Part shown: one piece after another, positions 52,463 to 61,564 of the stretch | How positions within the stretch are numbered: position 1 is the stretch's first letter | How the letters are laid out: each line of letters begins with the position of its first letter | Source of the DNA: a bacterium | GTDB lineage: Bacteria; Joyebacterota; Joyebacteria; Joyebacterales; Joyebacteraceae | Direction of reading: 5' to 3' | Assembly (NCBI GenBank): GCA_025782395.1 | Contig: JALGZD010000211.1 | Location: 2,111-66,110 of the forward strand | DNA length: 64,000 bases | Notes under the pieces: model-generated | The model's input: only the letters and a program-made list of their open reading frames with translations | The model's database searches: none | Told to the model about the DNA's origin: nothing | Program-made: the position numbers and the translations under genes

Positions 52463-53629
52463 ATGGGTGTCATCTACATGGACTACAACGCGACAACGCC
52501 TGCCGATCCCCGGGTCGTGGAGGCGATGCTACCGTATTTCACGGAGAGGTTCGGCAACCCCTCCAGTCCATACGGTCTGGCCCACAAGTCTCGCGCAGCC
52601 GTCGAACGGGCGCGCGAGCAGATGGCTTCCGGTCTTGGCTGCAGATCCTCGGAAGTGGTTTTCACGAGCGGTGGGTCGGAGTCGGACAACAGTGCGATCA
52701 AGGGTGTGGCGTTCGCGCATCTGCCGGAACGCGGACACATCATCACGAGCGCGATCGAGCATCATGCAGTTCTCTTGACATGTGAGTATCTGGAGAAGGA
52801 GTTCGGCTTCTCTGTCACCTATCTGCCCGTGGATGCCGACGGCTTGGTAGATGCAAAGGACGTGAGGCGGGCGGTGCGGGATGACACATGGTTGATAAGT
52901 GTCATGTATGTGAACAACGAAGTCGGAACCATCCAGCCTCTGAAGGAGATAGCCGATATCGCCCGGGAGCACGGGATCACGTTTCACACGGACGCGGTAC
53001 AGGCAATCGGGAAAATCCCTGTGGATGTGGATGCGCTCGGAGTCGACCTTCTCTCACTGTCGGCACACAAGCTCTACGGTCCAAAGGGTGTAGGCGCGCT
53101 CTACGTGCGAGCCGGAACGCGAATGCACCCGCTCGTGCACGGAGGTAGTCACGAGCGCGGGATGCGGGCGGGTACGGAGAATGTTCCCGGCATCGTCGGC
53201 CTCGGCAAGGCAGTTGAACTCGCCGTCGACGAGATGGAGATAGAGACCGCGCGCCTGACGCCCCTCCGCGACCGCCTGGAGAAGACACTCCTGAGTGAGA
53301 TCTCCGGCGTGGCGCTGAATGGTCACAGGGAGAAGCGAATCCCAAGCACCGCGAATCTGTCCTTCCTGTTTGTCGAGGGCGAGAGCATCGTGCTGAGTCT
53401 TGACATGGAGGGGGTAGCGGTCTCTACGGGATCGGCCTGCACGACCGACGCAGCCGGTCCTTCCCATGTCCTAGCGGCAATGGGGATCAAGCCGAACGTG
53501 GCACAGGGCTCTGTCCGCTTCGGCCTGGGGAGACACACCCGTGAAGCAGATGTGGATCGCGTCCTCTCGCTGATGCCGGGTATTGTCGAGCGTCTCAGGG
53601 CGATCTCACCCTTGAGAGACAGAGCCTAG
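52463..53629 (+). CDS. iscS: Cysteine desulfurase (IscS/NifS group I)
   Basis: YMDYNATTP, FGNPSS, FTSGGSE, HTDAVQ, SAHK.YGPKG, GSAC. Confidence 0.92.
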   Translation: MGVIYMDYNATTPADPRVVEAMLPYFTERFGNPSSPYGLAHKSRAAVERAREQMASGLGCRSSEVVFTSGGSESDNSAIKGVAFAHLPERGHIITSAIEHHAVLLTCEYLEKEFGFSVTYLPVDADGLVDAKDVRRAVRDDTWLISVMYVNNEVGTIQPLKEIADIAREHGITFHTDAVQAIGKIPVDVDALGVDLLSLSAHKLYGPKGVGALYVRAGTRMHPLVHGGSHERGMRAGTENVPGIVGLGKAVELAVDEMEIETARLTPLRDRLEKTLLSEISGVALNGHREKRIPSTANLSFLFVEGESIVLSLDMEGVAVSTGSACTTDAAGPSHVLAAMGIKPNVAQGSVRFGLGRHTREADVDRVLSLMPGIVERLRAISPLRDRA

Positions 53630-53635
53630 CCACTG

Positions 53636-54598
53636 ATGAACCGCAGATCACATTCAGGTCTGATTCCCGGGAGGGTGCTCGTCGCCCTCCTGCTGATTCT
53701 AGGTGCGGCTTCAGCAGCTGTGGACGAAGAACGATGGGAGAAGGTCCGGGCTGGTGGAGTGATTGTACTCTTTTCTGAGGCGGATGCTCGAGGGGCTGCG
53801 CGCGCTGGCAAGATCATCGATGCGACAATGCAGCAACTCCTGGAGGACATGTCGCTCGAAGGACTCGGCCCCGTCCGCGTCATCATTGCTGAGAGCGACG
53901 AAGAGTTCGCTGAGCTGACGGATGGAGGAGTCCCCGACTGGGGCGTTGGCTGCGCGATCGCGAATCGAGATCTCATCGTCCTCAAGAGCCCGCGAATCGT
54001 GACCTATCCACTTCAGATGGAGAAGGTGGTGGTTCACGAACTGGCTCACATAGCGACCGCACGAGTCCTTGGATCTGTGCGTGTGCCGCGGTGGTTCGAC
54101 GAGGGAGTTGCGATGACCGTGGCCGGGCAGTGGCGACTCAGTCAGTCGAGTGCGATGGCAAGTGCAGTGCTGTTCAATCGGCTGATTCCTCTGGCAGAAC
54201 TGGAAGGACGATTTCCGGAGGGGATTCAGGAGGCGCGACTCGCATATGCTGAGAGCTTCCGTGCCGTGGAGTTTCTGAGGTCGGCGACAGAACACGAGCA
54301 TGTGGGCGGCCTTGTGAATGCCGTGAGAGTTGCCGGTTCCTTTGATGCGGCGCTCGATGGTCGGATGGGTATGACACGGGCCGGCTTCTACGCTGCGGCC
54401 GATGAGTTCTTCGAAGAGAGGTTCGGAATCGGTCTCTTGCTCACCGGGTGGAATCCAGTCCTTCTGGCGGCGGGGCTTCTGGCTGTTCTTGCTGCCGTAC
54501 TCCGGGTCCGCGGGAGAAGGCGGAAGCTGAGGGAATGGGAGAGAGAGGAACGGGTCGGGACACGGGTCGAGCGTCGGGGCAACCGATCCTGGCAGTAG
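53636..54598 (+). CDS. Peptidase MA-like metalloprotease, exported, with C-terminal membrane anchor
   Basis: Signal peptide; HELAH...PRWFDEG.A; AYAES; C-terminal hydrophobic helix and basic tail. Confidence 0.82.
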   Translation: MNRRSHSGLIPGRVLVALLLILGAASAAVDEERWEKVRAGGVIVLFSEADARGAARAGKIIDATMQQLLEDMSLEGLGPVRVIIAESDEEFAELTDGGVPDWGVGCAIANRDLIVLKSPRIVTYPLQMEKVVVHELAHIATARVLGSVRVPRWFDEGVAMTVAGQWRLSQSSAMASAVLFNRLIPLAELEGRFPEGIQEARLAYAESFRAVEFLRSATEHEHVGGLVNAVRVAGSFDAALDGRMGMTRAGFYAAADEFFEERFGIGLLLTGWNPVLLAAGLLAVLAAVLRVRGRRRKLREWEREERVGTRVERRGNRSWQ

Positions 54599-54602
54599 CG
54601 GT

Positions 54603-54631
54603 TTGACAGCTACACTCCACATTGCTATACT
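54603..54631 (+). promoter_or_regulatory. sigma70 promoter of the tRNA operon
   Basis: TTGACA-N17-TATACT with TG extension, 12 nt before the first tRNA. Confidence 0.85.
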
Positions 54632-54643
54632 GCGTGAGCGAGG

Positions 54644-54730
54644 GGAGGGCTAGTCCTAATTGGTAAGGCAGCGGTCTTGAAAACCGCCGGGTTTGCGCCC
54701 TTGGGGGTTCGAGTCCCTCGCCCTCCGCCA
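54644..54730 (+). tRNA. tRNA-Ser(TGA)
   Basis: GGAGGGC/GCCCTCC acceptor stem, GCGGT-CTTGAAA-ACCGC anticodon arm, long variable arm, TTCGAGT loop, encoded CCA. Confidence 0.95.
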
Positions 54731-54760
54731 TGACAAGTGACATAGGCGAACACGCGCGAT

Positions 54761-54850
<90 letters not shown>

Positions 54851-54860
54851 GACCAGTAGA

Positions 54861-54937
54861 GCGCCCATAGCTCAATTGGATAGAGCATCTGACTACGGAT
54901 CAGAAGGTTGGGGGTTCGAGTCCTCCTGGGCGTACCA
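54861..54937 (+). tRNA. tRNA-Arg(ACG)
   Basis: GCGCCCA/TGGGCGT stem, TCTGA-CTACGGA-TCAGA anticodon arm, TTCGAGT, CCA. Confidence 0.96.
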
Positions 54938-54942
54938 GAGTG

Positions 54943-54980
54943 CATCCCCGAATCGCTTGCGACTCGGGGATGTCTGTCTG
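54943..54980 (+). terminator. Hairpin after the tRNA operon
   Basis: CATCCCCGA...TCGGGGATG stem followed by TCTGTCTG. Confidence 0.6.
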
Positions 54981-55004
54981 TTGGGGTGGTTGCACTGTTC
55001 GGTG

Positions 55005-55033
55005 TTGACTTCTCAGGGGACCTTGGATATGGT
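55005..55033 (+). promoter_or_regulatory. Putative sigma70 promoter for the acidic lipoprotein
   Basis: TTGACT-N17-TATGGT. Confidence 0.45.
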
Positions 55034-55130
55034 GTTCGCGCCGGAGGACTTGTCGATTTGAGACACGAGGGCTATTGTGAGGGATGGAGGCTTGCTCGGA
55101 GGCCGGGTTCCTGAGACTGGAGGTGCGAAG

Positions 55131-56396
55131 ATGAGGATCGCAAGATCTGCAGCAGTCTTGGTGGCGGTGGTATTGCTTGGGCTTACAGGGTACGGTTGCA
55201 GCACAAGTGGCGATGGTGGCGGGCAATCATACTTGTCCTGCAAGACCGCGCTTGAAGAGGATCTTGCGCGCGTAGACATGATGCAAGAGTCCCCTTGGGA
55301 GTGGGATATCGATTTCGCGGAACATCTTGACTGTTTTGAGGGAGTTCTGGAAGACGATCCCAACAATCCCGACGCTCTTCTCATGGCCGCTTTCTGTCGT
55401 CTGATGGTGACGGGCACCAATGAGGAGTTGGGCGACATCATGGACGATCTGTTCGACGATGGCAGCAAGAGCGCGAGACACAACGCCCTCTTCTGGTATC
55501 TCAACCGACCCGACATGGAGACGGTGCGCAACGTGATACAGAAGAACGTGCGGGAGGACTTCATTTTCTCGGATATCCAGGACTTCATCGTGGAAGAGGT
55601 GATTCCCTCACTCGATGAGATTGATGCTTACCTGACTCTCTTCGAGGAGATGGACGTAGTAGTCACACTGGACCCATGGGCGGCGTTGCCCGATTCACTG
55701 GTGCCGCCGGACTCGCTGGGGATCCCGGACTACCTCGAATTCGACGCGACGGACGCGTACTTTGCGCACGTGCCGGTCGATGCCATGCAGTCGATGTGCT
55801 ACATGGTTGTCTCCTACAACGTTGACACGCTGGAGGATGAAACCCTCGAGTATCTCATCGATGAAGACAGCGATTTCCTGACGCTCAACAGCGGCGACCA
55901 CATGAATTCGGCCTACGATGAGCTGATGGAAGCAGCCGACCATCTCGATGATGCCTGTGATGCACTTGAGGGAGAGACCGATGATCAGGCATACGACTTC
56001 ATCACTGTGTCGGAGTCCGGGTGGATTCCTCTGGAGGATGACGATTTGCTCGGTCCCGGAGCGGTCGATTCGCTGCGGAACGCAGCGGATATGCTCAGGG
56101 ATGCGCTGACCGACGAAATGATCATCAATCCTTCCGAGCACGATCCGAGCGCGCCCGACATGGAAATCCACGTCAGTCTCGACTCGATGTTCAACAACCC
56201 GCTGGAGGACTTGCGAGACTATTTCCCGGAACACACCTGGTCCGTGGCGGGTGACACGATGTACGTGACGGAGCCGCTCACGCGTCCTGACCCCACGTTC
56301 AATGGTCCTGACACGTCATACGACGGGATTTTCCCGGGGATGACCAACGAGGACTGGCGCCTTCTCTACGATTGGGAAGAACCGAACTGGCGCTAG
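55131..56396 (+). CDS. Hypothetical, very acidic lipoprotein
   Basis: GGAGG RBS; signal ending GYGC; long open frame rich in D/E; no family recognised. Confidence 0.8.
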   Translation: MRIARSAAVLVAVVLLGLTGYGCSTSGDGGGQSYLSCKTALEEDLARVDMMQESPWEWDIDFAEHLDCFEGVLEDDPNNPDALLMAAFCRLMVTGTNEELGDIMDDLFDDGSKSARHNALFWYLNRPDMETVRNVIQKNVREDFIFSDIQDFIVEEVIPSLDEIDAYLTLFEEMDVVVTLDPWAALPDSLVPPDSLGIPDYLEFDATDAYFAHVPVDAMQSMCYMVVSYNVDTLEDETLEYLIDEDSDFLTLNSGDHMNSAYDELMEAADHLDDACDALEGETDDQAYDFITVSESGWIPLEDDDLLGPGAVDSLRNAADMLRDALTDEMIINPSEHDPSAPDMEIHVSLDSMFNNPLEDLRDYFPEHTWSVAGDTMYVTEPLTRPDPTFNGPDTSYDGIFPGMTNEDWRLLYDWEEPNWR

Positions 56397-56421
56397 ACTA
56401 GGGGTTTGTGCTTTGAGAGAG

Positions 56422-56454
56422 GCGGCACGGGGGCCCTTGGGCCCCCGTGCTGCT
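56422..56454 (+). terminator. GC-rich hairpin after the lipoprotein gene
   Basis: GCGGCACGGGGGCCC-TT-GGGCCCCCGTGCTGC near-perfect inverted repeat. Confidence 0.6.
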
Positions 56455-56594
56455 GTCGGGCGCGGCGGTTTCGGCGCCTGTGGCCCTGCAGGGTGAGTGA
56501 TGCTGTAGGGTGTTACTCCTGTTACATGGCACAGGGCTTGACTAGTAGTCGTGTGGGAAAAAGCATCGGATTGGGTTCTTTGCACGGAGGTTCC

Positions 56595-57737
56595 TTGCCC
56601 ACTGTTATTCATACAGCAGACGTGCATCTCGGCGCGCCGCTAGGTTGGCTTGGAGCACGCGCATCCGATCAACGCGAGCAGCTGCGGCAGACGTTCCGTT
56701 CGATCATCGACCTGACTATCCAGGAAGACGCGGACTGCCTCATCATCGCCGGGGACCTGTTCGACAGCAATCGGCCGCCGGGGTCGGCCGTTCGCTTCGT
56801 GCTCCGCGAGCTGGCGCGGTTGGGCGATTCCTCCGAAACGTACACCGTGATCCTCCCGGGTTCGCACGATCACATGGGGGATGGATCGGTCTTCTCCTGC
56901 TACAGCAACGAGTTCGCCCAGATCGAGCGTGTGCACATTCTCGGGGCGCACGATGTGCGTTCCGTGGTGATTCCACGCGCGAGTCTTGTCGTGCACGGAG
57001 ATCCGCCGCGCTCGAACTCGTCGAGTGAGCACCGGCTGGCAAAGCTCAGGCCGCAGGCCGACCACGAATACAATGTCGCAGTCGCGCACGGCTCGGTGGA
57101 TGTGGTTCCCGTAGAGCCGGAGGATCATCCGATATCGCGCGACGAACTTCTGGCACCGGGTTGGTCGTACTTCGCGCTGGGACACTGGCACTCCTGGAGG
57201 GAGATCGAAGGGAAAGGGGCGCCGGCCGTCTATCCGGGCGCGCCCGAGGTGATTGCCGCTGATCAGGCGGGATCCGGACATGTGGCGCGGATCAGCCTGG
57301 GTGGTGAGGGGGTGGAGGTAACCAAGGTGAGAGTCGGTGCGCGCACGGTATCGAGTGTGCAAATTGACGTAGGCGGGGCGATGGACACCGACGAAGTCGC
57401 GCGCCGGGTGGCGACCGAGCACCCAAAAGATGTGAATGCAATCCTCTCCATGACTCTGACGGGTCTCATGCCGGTCGGTTCAGGATTTGAACCCGAAGCG
57501 TTGCTTGAGGTGCTCAAGCCGGACTACTTCCACGTCAGGTTGCCACGTCTGAACTACGAGGTGCGACTGAGCCACGATGATCTGGAGGCGCTTCCGGAAC
57601 GACTCGTCATAGGACGGTTTGTTCGCCTCATGAAGGAACAGATCGATGCTGCCGAGGACAGCAACGACCGGGAGGATCTGGAGGCTGCTCTTCAGATGGG
57701 AGTTGCATTGCTTCAGGGGAAGGACGTGCTGGCGTGA
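56595..57737 (+). CDS. Mre11/SbcD-like metallophosphoesterase nuclease (YhaO-like)
   Basis: HTADVHLG, IAGDLFD, PGSHD, AHG, ALGHWH, YPG.PE; TTG after GGAGG. Confidence 0.9.
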   Translation: MPTVIHTADVHLGAPLGWLGARASDQREQLRQTFRSIIDLTIQEDADCLIIAGDLFDSNRPPGSAVRFVLRELARLGDSSETYTVILPGSHDHMGDGSVFSCYSNEFAQIERVHILGAHDVRSVVIPRASLVVHGDPPRSNSSSEHRLAKLRPQADHEYNVAVAHGSVDVVPVEPEDHPISRDELLAPGWSYFALGHWHSWREIEGKGAPAVYPGAPEVIAADQAGSGHVARISLGGEGVEVTKVRVGARTVSSVQIDVGGAMDTDEVARRVATEHPKDVNAILSMTLTGLMPVGSGFEPEALLEVLKPDYFHVRLPRLNYEVRLSHDDLEALPERLVIGRFVRLMKEQIDAAEDSNDREDLEAALQMGVALLQGKDVLA

Positions 57738-59863
57738 GACTGGGGCGACTCAAACTCCGCAATTTCAGGGGCTTTGGGGACTACGAGCTCAATTTTGCTC
57801 AAGGTCTCAATCTGCTCATCGGCGCAAACGAGTCAGGAAAGAGCACAATCATTGACGCCCTCGGGGTTGTGCTGTTCGTGGATCCCGGTACGAAGGCCAG
57901 AGCGATCCGTGAGCTTGAGTCGTGGGGATCAACAGGTGGAATGCGTCTGGAACTCACGTTCGAGCACGGTGAAAGCAAGTACGAACTCAGGAAGGACTTC
58001 GGATCCGGGCGCGCTGAGCTCAGTGGCCCGGACATAGGTCTCGTGGCTGAACGAGCCAAGGTGAGCGAACTCATCGGGGAGATGGTCGGTTTCGGGAGCC
58101 GTGAGGCATTCGAGTCGGTTGCCATGGTGCGACAGGGTGAATTGGTTGCGTTCGGCGGCCAGCCCGGCAAGAGCAGGCGGGCCGAGCTTGTCCCGATGAT
58201 AGAACGAAAAATGACCAGTGCGAGCGGGCGAGTGGACGCCGCCGCAGTTGTTTCCGCGCTGGAGGAGCGCATCCGCGACCTGCGCGTGGGCATTGACCGA
58301 CCGGCTGTTCGTCCAGGTCGTCTCAGGAAACTCATGGATGAGGAGAGAACGCTCGCTCAGAAGATCGCGGCAGTCGGCCAGGAGTGGTCGAAGCAGCTGG
58401 CGAGAAAGGCGGCTCACGCGGGCAGACGCGAGGAATGGACGGCCGTGAACGATGACCTAAATCGCCTGGTCAGAATCGTCGAGCAGCAGGAATCCAGTAT
58501 CAGACTGTCTGAGGAGCTTGAGCAGATCCGGGAGAACCTGCTTAAGAGAGAGGCCACGATTGCGAGGATCAGGAAGCTCACGGCGGATCTGGATGACGCT
58601 GGACGGGAGAAGGACAGCGTTCCGCCGGGGGAGTGGGAAGCCGTCAAGTTGGCGCGGAGCGATCTTGAGGCAACCGAACGACTGATCCGCCAGTTCAAGG
58701 AGGAAGCGACAGTCAAGGAGGGTGCGTCCAGTTCGAAGACCGGGGGGATCGCCGCGGTGTTGGTGATCGCAGGGCTTGTGACGGCTTCCATCGCGGTCTT
58801 CATCGTCGGCGACTCGACGCTGCGTCTTGCGGTAGGAGGGATCGCCTTCGCCCTTCTCCTCTGGTCGACCGTGCAGTTCCGCCATCTGGCCCGAATTCTC
58901 GAATACGAGCAAGGTCTCAAGAACCACATGCGGGAGCGGGGGAAGCGAGAACTTGCGTTTCAGTCTGCACTCATGAGGATCGGAGTCCCGAGCTACGCGG
59001 AATTCGCACGCATCACGGAAACCCAGGAGACGCTCTGGCGCCGCGCTGAGGTGTCGAGGGCGCAGCTCAACGAGGTCTGTGACGGCAAGGACCCCGAGGA
59101 GTTCGAGGAGACACTACGCACCGACGCGGTCTCGCTGGGTCGCAGGCGCACCGAACTCGAGGGGCTGGTGGGTGGCCCCGACGTTCCCGAGCTGCTTCTC
59201 GACAGAGCAGCGCTTGCGAAGCTTCGGGAAGAGCGAGACAGCAAGAGGGAGCAAGAGACGCGTCTGCGACGTAGCATCGATGACGATCAGATACGGATGG
59301 AGCGCGATGAGAAGGGAGAAGCTCTTCCGGATCTTGAGGCGAAGCGGGAATCGGTGCTGGCCGGGATCAGTAGGGTAGAGGAACGCATCAGGATCATGCA
59401 ATTGGCGGCACAGGGGCTCGAGGGAGCGCTCACGAGCACGAAGGAGGAGGCCGCCGAGGTACTCGCTCCGATCATCAGCAGGGTCCTTGAGCGGATCACG
59501 GGCAGCAGGTACTCACGCGTGTCGGTCAGCAAGGATCTCGAAGTCTCCCTTGACAACCCATCGCTGATTCCCGGAGCTCCAGAAAATGTTCTCGAGAGCG
59601 ATCTCAGCACCGGCACGGTCGACCAGCTCTACCTCGCCACTCGCTACGCTCTTCTGGAGTTCCTCTCTTCCCAAGACGGCGCGCCCTTCATTCTGGACGA
59701 CTCCCTCGTCAATTGCGACCCCGAGCGCCGGCAGCGGACGTTCGAGCTGATGCGCGAGATATCGGCTGAGCGCCAGGTGATCGCCTGCATGTGCGAGGAT
59801 CACGGCGTCGAGCGTCCAGTCAATCTGATCAAATTGCCATCCATCAGCACGCCATCTTCATGA
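57734..59863 (+). CDS. Rad50/SbcC-like SMC ATPase with central two-helix hydrophobic segment (YhaN-like)
   Basis: Walker A GANESGKST, Q-loop VRQG, coiled coils, signature LSTG..DQLYLA.R, Walker B ILDD.LVN.D; GTGA overlap with the nuclease gene. Confidence 0.88.
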   Translation: MRLGRLKLRNFRGFGDYELNFAQGLNLLIGANESGKSTIIDALGVVLFVDPGTKARAIRELESWGSTGGMRLELTFEHGESKYELRKDFGSGRAELSGPDIGLVAERAKVSELIGEMVGFGSREAFESVAMVRQGELVAFGGQPGKSRRAELVPMIERKMTSASGRVDAAAVVSALEERIRDLRVGIDRPAVRPGRLRKLMDEERTLAQKIAAVGQEWSKQLARKAAHAGRREEWTAVNDDLNRLVRIVEQQESSIRLSEELEQIRENLLKREATIARIRKLTADLDDAGREKDSVPPGEWEAVKLARSDLEATERLIRQFKEEATVKEGASSSKTGGIAAVLVIAGLVTASIAVFIVGDSTLRLAVGGIAFALLLWSTVQFRHLARILEYEQGLKNHMRERGKRELAFQSALMRIGVPSYAEFARITETQETLWRRAEVSRAQLNEVCDGKDPEEFEETLRTDAVSLGRRRTELEGLVGGPDVPELLLDRAALAKLREERDSKREQETRLRRSIDDDQIRMERDEKGEALPDLEAKRESVLAGISRVEERIRIMQLAAQGLEGALTSTKEEAAEVLAPIISRVLERITGSRYSRVSVSKDLEVSLDNPSLIPGAPENVLESDLSTGTVDQLYLATRYALLEFLSSQDGAPFILDDSLVNCDPERRQRTFELMREISAERQVIACMCEDHGVERPVNLIKLPSISTPSS

Positions 59864-60023
59864 CCAACAAGAGCGACGGATATGAGGCTCCGCCGACGCC
59901 TGGTGGTGCGTGGGGTTCTTGCGTCCTGTGCTGTTTCGCTGAGAGCGGGAGACTCGCGGCGAGGTGGGTTCTATCTGCGGCGTTGCGCTTGAGCGCCGGG
60001 AGTGAGAAGATGAGGACAGCCTG

Positions 60024-61499
60024 ATGCCTTCACGGGGGCCGGATATGGAAATGCGCTGTCCGAAGTGTGGTGGTACTACTGTCGTCAAGAGCGAAACGTG
60101 GAGTCGGAGCAGCAGTCGCCTCGTGCGCGTGGCGCAGTGCGAGTCGTGCGGGAGCGAATTCAGGAGAGAGCTACCTTGGGGCGGTGTTTCTCCATCGGAG
60201 ATGCCTCGTAGCCGGCGCGGAATGCTCAGATGGAGTCTGTGGCTTATTGTGTCCTTGACCGTGATCTGGATCGCTCTCAATCTGACCGACTTTGTGGCAA
60301 GATCGCTCATCTACCGGACGGTGACGCGAACGGCTGAGGGCTTTCTTCATCCCGGCTGGATTGTTGCGCTGATCCTGTCGGGAACGCTGCTTTGGTTGGC
60401 TGGCAGGCGGCGCGCAACGCTCCCTATCCGCCCGGCCATACTCGCGCCGGACGTCCACATCAGACTGGAGCCAGGGGGGAAGCTGTCACTGATCTTTACC
60501 GGTAGTCGAGGTGCGATCGCTCACGACTATGTGCTTGGTCGCCGCCACGAGGAAGAGAAGAACCTCCTTCGTGAGCTCGATGACATGGCCAGACGCAGCG
60601 TGACGTTCGAGGACTGTGACGGACTGCCCGGCGCCGACGAGATCGCCGAGGCACATCGCGGTATCTATGCTGTTGGACGGGGATTGGCCTCTATTCTCGG
60701 CGGAGATGAGGACGGTGGAGCAATGGACCAACTGGTGGATCTCCCGGGGGACCACCTTCTCCTGCGGGTTCAGCGCGAGCTGAGCGCCTTTCCGTGGGAA
60801 CTCCTGGTTCCCAAGTCCGGAGGAGAGCCTCTCTGGAAACTCTACTCGCTTTCGCGCCAGATCAGAACAGACGATTCCCGGGACACGCTCTGGCGCAGAC
60901 CTGTGAGGCCGTTGAGAATGCTCCTGATGGCGAATCTGGAGCAGGGGAACGAAGGGCGGGATCTTCCTCAGGCAGAGCGCGAGGCGCAGGAGATCCTCGA
61001 GTTCGGAGCGCTGAGGCCGGAGCTCTTGCGCGTGATCAGGCGATCGCCACGAGACCTCGGGGAGCTGCGGGCCGCGCTTAACGAGCGCTACGACATCGTC
61101 CACTACGCGGGTCACACGGCTCATAATGAAAGTGGTGGAGCGGGTTGGGTACTGCCGAGCGGTGAGATCATTGATGGTCAAGATCTCTTCCTGCCTGCAA
61201 CAACTCCCGTTCTGGTGTTCTCGAATGCATGCGGCGAGGGAACGGGGACCGAGCTCCGGGTGGGTAGGCTTGCTGCGTCGTTCGCCGAAGGTGGAGTACC
61301 CGCCTATCTCGGCACGCTCTGGGAGCTTCATGATACCGGGAGCGCGGCGTTCGCGTTGGCCTTCTACCGCAGCATTCTCGACGGCGACACACTGGGCGCC
61401 TCAGTCCGGAGCGCGCGCGAACAGTCCTTCAGATTCAACGCCTTCTCGTGGGCCAACTACGTCCTCTACGGGGATCCGACTGCGAGACTCATCGAGTAG
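60024..61499 (+). CDS. CHAT-domain (caspase-HetF) cysteine protease with N-terminal C4 zinc ribbon and two TM helices
   Basis: CPKC...CESC; two hydrophobic helices; FPWELL, LP.AE.EA, IVHYAGH, VFSNAC, GTLWE..D, FYR.IL.G, WANYVLYGDP. Confidence 0.9.
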   Translation: MPSRGPDMEMRCPKCGGTTVVKSETWSRSSSRLVRVAQCESCGSEFRRELPWGGVSPSEMPRSRRGMLRWSLWLIVSLTVIWIALNLTDFVARSLIYRTVTRTAEGFLHPGWIVALILSGTLLWLAGRRRATLPIRPAILAPDVHIRLEPGGKLSLIFTGSRGAIAHDYVLGRRHEEEKNLLRELDDMARRSVTFEDCDGLPGADEIAEAHRGIYAVGRGLASILGGDEDGGAMDQLVDLPGDHLLLRVQRELSAFPWELLVPKSGGEPLWKLYSLSRQIRTDDSRDTLWRRPVRPLRMLLMANLEQGNEGRDLPQAEREAQEILEFGALRPELLRVIRRSPRDLGELRAALNERYDIVHYAGHTAHNESGGAGWVLPSGEIIDGQDLFLPATTPVLVFSNACGEGTGTELRVGRLAASFAEGGVPAYLGTLWELHDTGSAAFALAFYRSILDGDTLGASVRSAREQSFRFNAFSWANYVLYGDPTARLIE

Positions 61500-61564
61500 A
61501 ACGAACGGCGCCGCGAAGAAGTCGGCTCTGGGGCGCGTCAGACATATGCAGCGAGGAAGGCCCT

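Noticed and set aside
54644-54730. Possible tRNA-Sec
   Set aside because: Anticodon is TGA (reads UCA, Ser), not TCA; normal 7-bp acceptor stem
59864-60023. Autoregulatory ECF promoter upstream of the CHAT gene
   Set aside because: No convincing AAC/CGT-type -35/-10 pair found by eye
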